Positions 62,155-64,000 of a DNA stretch of 64,000 nucleotides are shown one piece after another. A program made the translations under genes and the position numbers. The notes under the pieces are model-generated. The model saw only the letters and a program-made list of their open reading frames with translations. It searched no databases and was not told the DNA's origin. Every line of letters begins with the position of its first letter. Positions within the stretch are counted from its first letter, which is position 1. Source of the stretch: Acidobacteriota bacterium (lineage in GTDB: Bacteria > Acidobacteriota > UBA890 > WLXD01); contig CBDBHB010000009.1 of NCBI GenBank assembly GCA_965205505.1, positions 64,001-128,000 on the forward strand, given 5' to 3'.

Positions 62155-64000
62155 CTAGCCCTCGTAGTAGCGTCGCGGCATCCAGGCGAAGCCTCGACTG
62201 CCGGCGCCGATGGCGCTCTGGGTCGAGGTGACCTCGTTGCAGGCCTGCACGATATCGTCGGTGGAGAGGACGGTGAGCTGCTCGAGAACCGGCGATATCG
62301 GCACGCCCGGCAGGTTCTTCTGTCCGACGGCGCGCGAAGGCAGGCCGGGGAAGCGCTCCACGGCGTGCCCCTGGATGGAGCGCACAAACCCGGCGAACGG
62401 CCGGTCCTCGGCAGCCACCACCAAACGCCCGGTGCGGCCGATGCTCTCGTAGACGGTGTCGAGGTCGGGCGGCACCAAGGTACGTAGGTCGATGACCTCC
62501 GCCTCGTCGCCGTTCTCGGCCAGCGTGTCGGCGGCGTCGAGCGCCCTATAGACAGCGCGTCCCCACGCCACGATGGTCACGTCGCTGCCGGCACGCCGGA
62601 CAGCCGCTTTTGAGAAGGGTACGCGTAGCTTGGGATCGATGTGCGGGACTTCGCCTCGCATGATGTTGCGCTTCATCCGGGCGATCTCGTCCTCGTCCGT
62701 CGGCTCGCCGGGAAGGGCCGGTCCGAGCGCCCGACGGTACGCGAACTTGGGCTCGAGAACTACCACCGGTCCACCGTATCCGGCAGCCGTCATCAACAGA
62801 CCGTAGGCATCGAAGCTAGTCGACGGCATCACCAGGACAAGCCCCGGTATGGAGGAAAAGTAGCCTTCGCAGCTCATCGAATGGTAAATGGCGCCGCCGC
62901 CGAACGGATCCGTCGGCATGCGCAGGATCACGCTCGCCGACGCTTTTCCGTTCGAGGCCCAATGGAAGTTGCCCAGATGGATGAGCCAATGGAAAGCGTT
63001 GAACGAATAGTCGCCGAACTGGACCTCGGGCAGCGCCACGAGGTCGGAATGGAGACTCAACCCCATCGCGGTTCCGACGATCAGGGGCTCGTTCAGCGGC
63101 GCGTCGAGCACGCGGTCGGGATAGCGGTCCTTGAGGCCGGCGGTGGCTTGCATGACGCCGCCGAGACGCGCTACGTCCTGACCCCAGAGCACGCCGCCAT
63201 GGCGATCGATAATGCGATCGAGAGCACTCCGAACGGCGCCGGCATAGCTGATGTTCGTGTTACCGGACGCGGCGGGTTCGGTGACCTCCGGGAACGGTCG
63301 ATAGACGTGTTCGAACAATGAGTCGGGCAACGGGTCGGGTTCCGCACGAACGCTCTTCAGCAGCGCGCGGACATCCTCGATCTCGGCATCCATTAAGCGA
63401 CCGGGCTCATGATGCGCGAAGAAATCTCGCCCCGTGCCTTTCTTGCGCTGCAGGATGTCGGACTGCTCCAGGATGCCGCGCTCGACGAGCTGCTCGCCGA
63501 ACTCGATCAACGGGTCGTCCTGTGACAGATCGAAGGTGAGATCGGCGGCGGAACTGTGACCGTTGAAACGCGGCAGGTGCTTGACGTGCAACACCACAGC
63601 GCTCTGGTTGTCGCGCACGTGGCCGGCGACGTCGATCGTTGTGTTGTAGACGTCCCAGAAATCGCGCCCGTCGCACTGGAAGTGCTCGAGATCGAAAGCC
63701 TTGGCGTAGGCAGCGTAGTCCTTGATCCCCTGGCCCTCCTCGGGGAGGGTGCTGATCGCGATATCGTTGTCAGCCACCATGATGATCAGCGGCAGCCGCC
63801 ACACGCTGGCTGCGTTCATGGCCTCGTGTAAGTCGCTCTCTGCAGTGGTTCCGTCGCCGATGATCGCCATGGCAACGCCGTGTTCCTGGCCCTTGATCTT
63901 GTAGCCCATGGCGTAGCCCGCGGCCTTGCCGAGCTGCATACCCACTGGACTCTGGAGCGGAAGGATGCCCATGTCCGGGTAGTAGAGATGGTTGGGCATC
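62155..64000 (-). CDS. Fused E1 alpha/beta 2-oxoacid dehydrogenase, 5' part outside the window
   Basis: GDG...N TPP motif, GHSS, GQDV...DAPLNE, EVQFGDY, IDLRTLVP. Confidence 0.88.
   Translation of the reverse strand, partial: MPNHLYYPDMGILPLQSPVGMQLGKAAGYAMGYKIKGQEHGVAMAIIGDGTTAESDLHEAMNAASVWRLPLIIMVADNDIAISTLPEEGQGIKDYAAYAKAFDLEHFQCDGRDFWDVYNTTIDVAGHVRDNQSAVVLHVKHLPRFNGHSSAADLTFDLSQDDPLIEFGEQLVERGILEQSDILQRKKGTGRDFFAHHEPGRLMDAEIEDVRALLKSVRAEPDPLPDSLFEHVYRPFPEVTEPAASGNTNISYAGAVRSALDRIIDRHGGVLWGQDVARLGGVMQATAGLKDRYPDRVLDAPLNEPLIVGTAMGLSLHSDLVALPEVQFGDYSFNAFHWLIHLGNFHWASNGKASASVILRMPTDPFGGGAIYHSMSCEGYFSSIPGLVLVMPSTSFDAYGLLMTAAGYGGPVVVLEPKFAYRRALGPALPGEPTDEDEIARMKRNIMRGEVPHIDPKLRVPFSKAAVRRAGSDVTIVAWGRAVYRALDAADTLAENGDEAEVIDLRTLVPPDLDTVYESIGRTGRLVVAAEDRPFAGFVRSIQGHAVERFPGLPSRAVGQKNLPGVPISPVLEQLTVLSTDDIVQACNEVTSTQSAIGAGSRGFAWMPRRYYEG

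Overview
GC-rich bacterial window, probably Acidobacteriota (inferred from an ADOP-type permease and the gene style). Bases 1-40.5 kb are an accessory region next to tRNA-Ser(GGA). It holds a 3-repeat type I-G-like CRISPR array, nested IS3-family elements, an apparently intact IS1111-type IS110 element, IS256 and integrase/recombinase remnants, several tRNA-derived att-like fragments, candidate defence genes, and many double-truncated gene fragments. The IS110 element has a right-end bridge RNA whose guide matches its own insertion site. Two repeated phage-satellite-like modules recur: AEP-Rep plus terS-like, and cos-like site plus HNH plus terL stub. Bases 40.7-64 kb are housekeeping/metabolic: S58 peptidase, SLC13 permease, STAS protein, carAB, FGE-Gfo/Idh/MocA-Hyi cluster, a circularly permuted PA-domain metallopeptidase, tmpAB-like pair, pntAA/AB/B and a fused 2-oxoacid dehydrogenase E1. 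All family calls come from motif recognition by eye; no database search was run.
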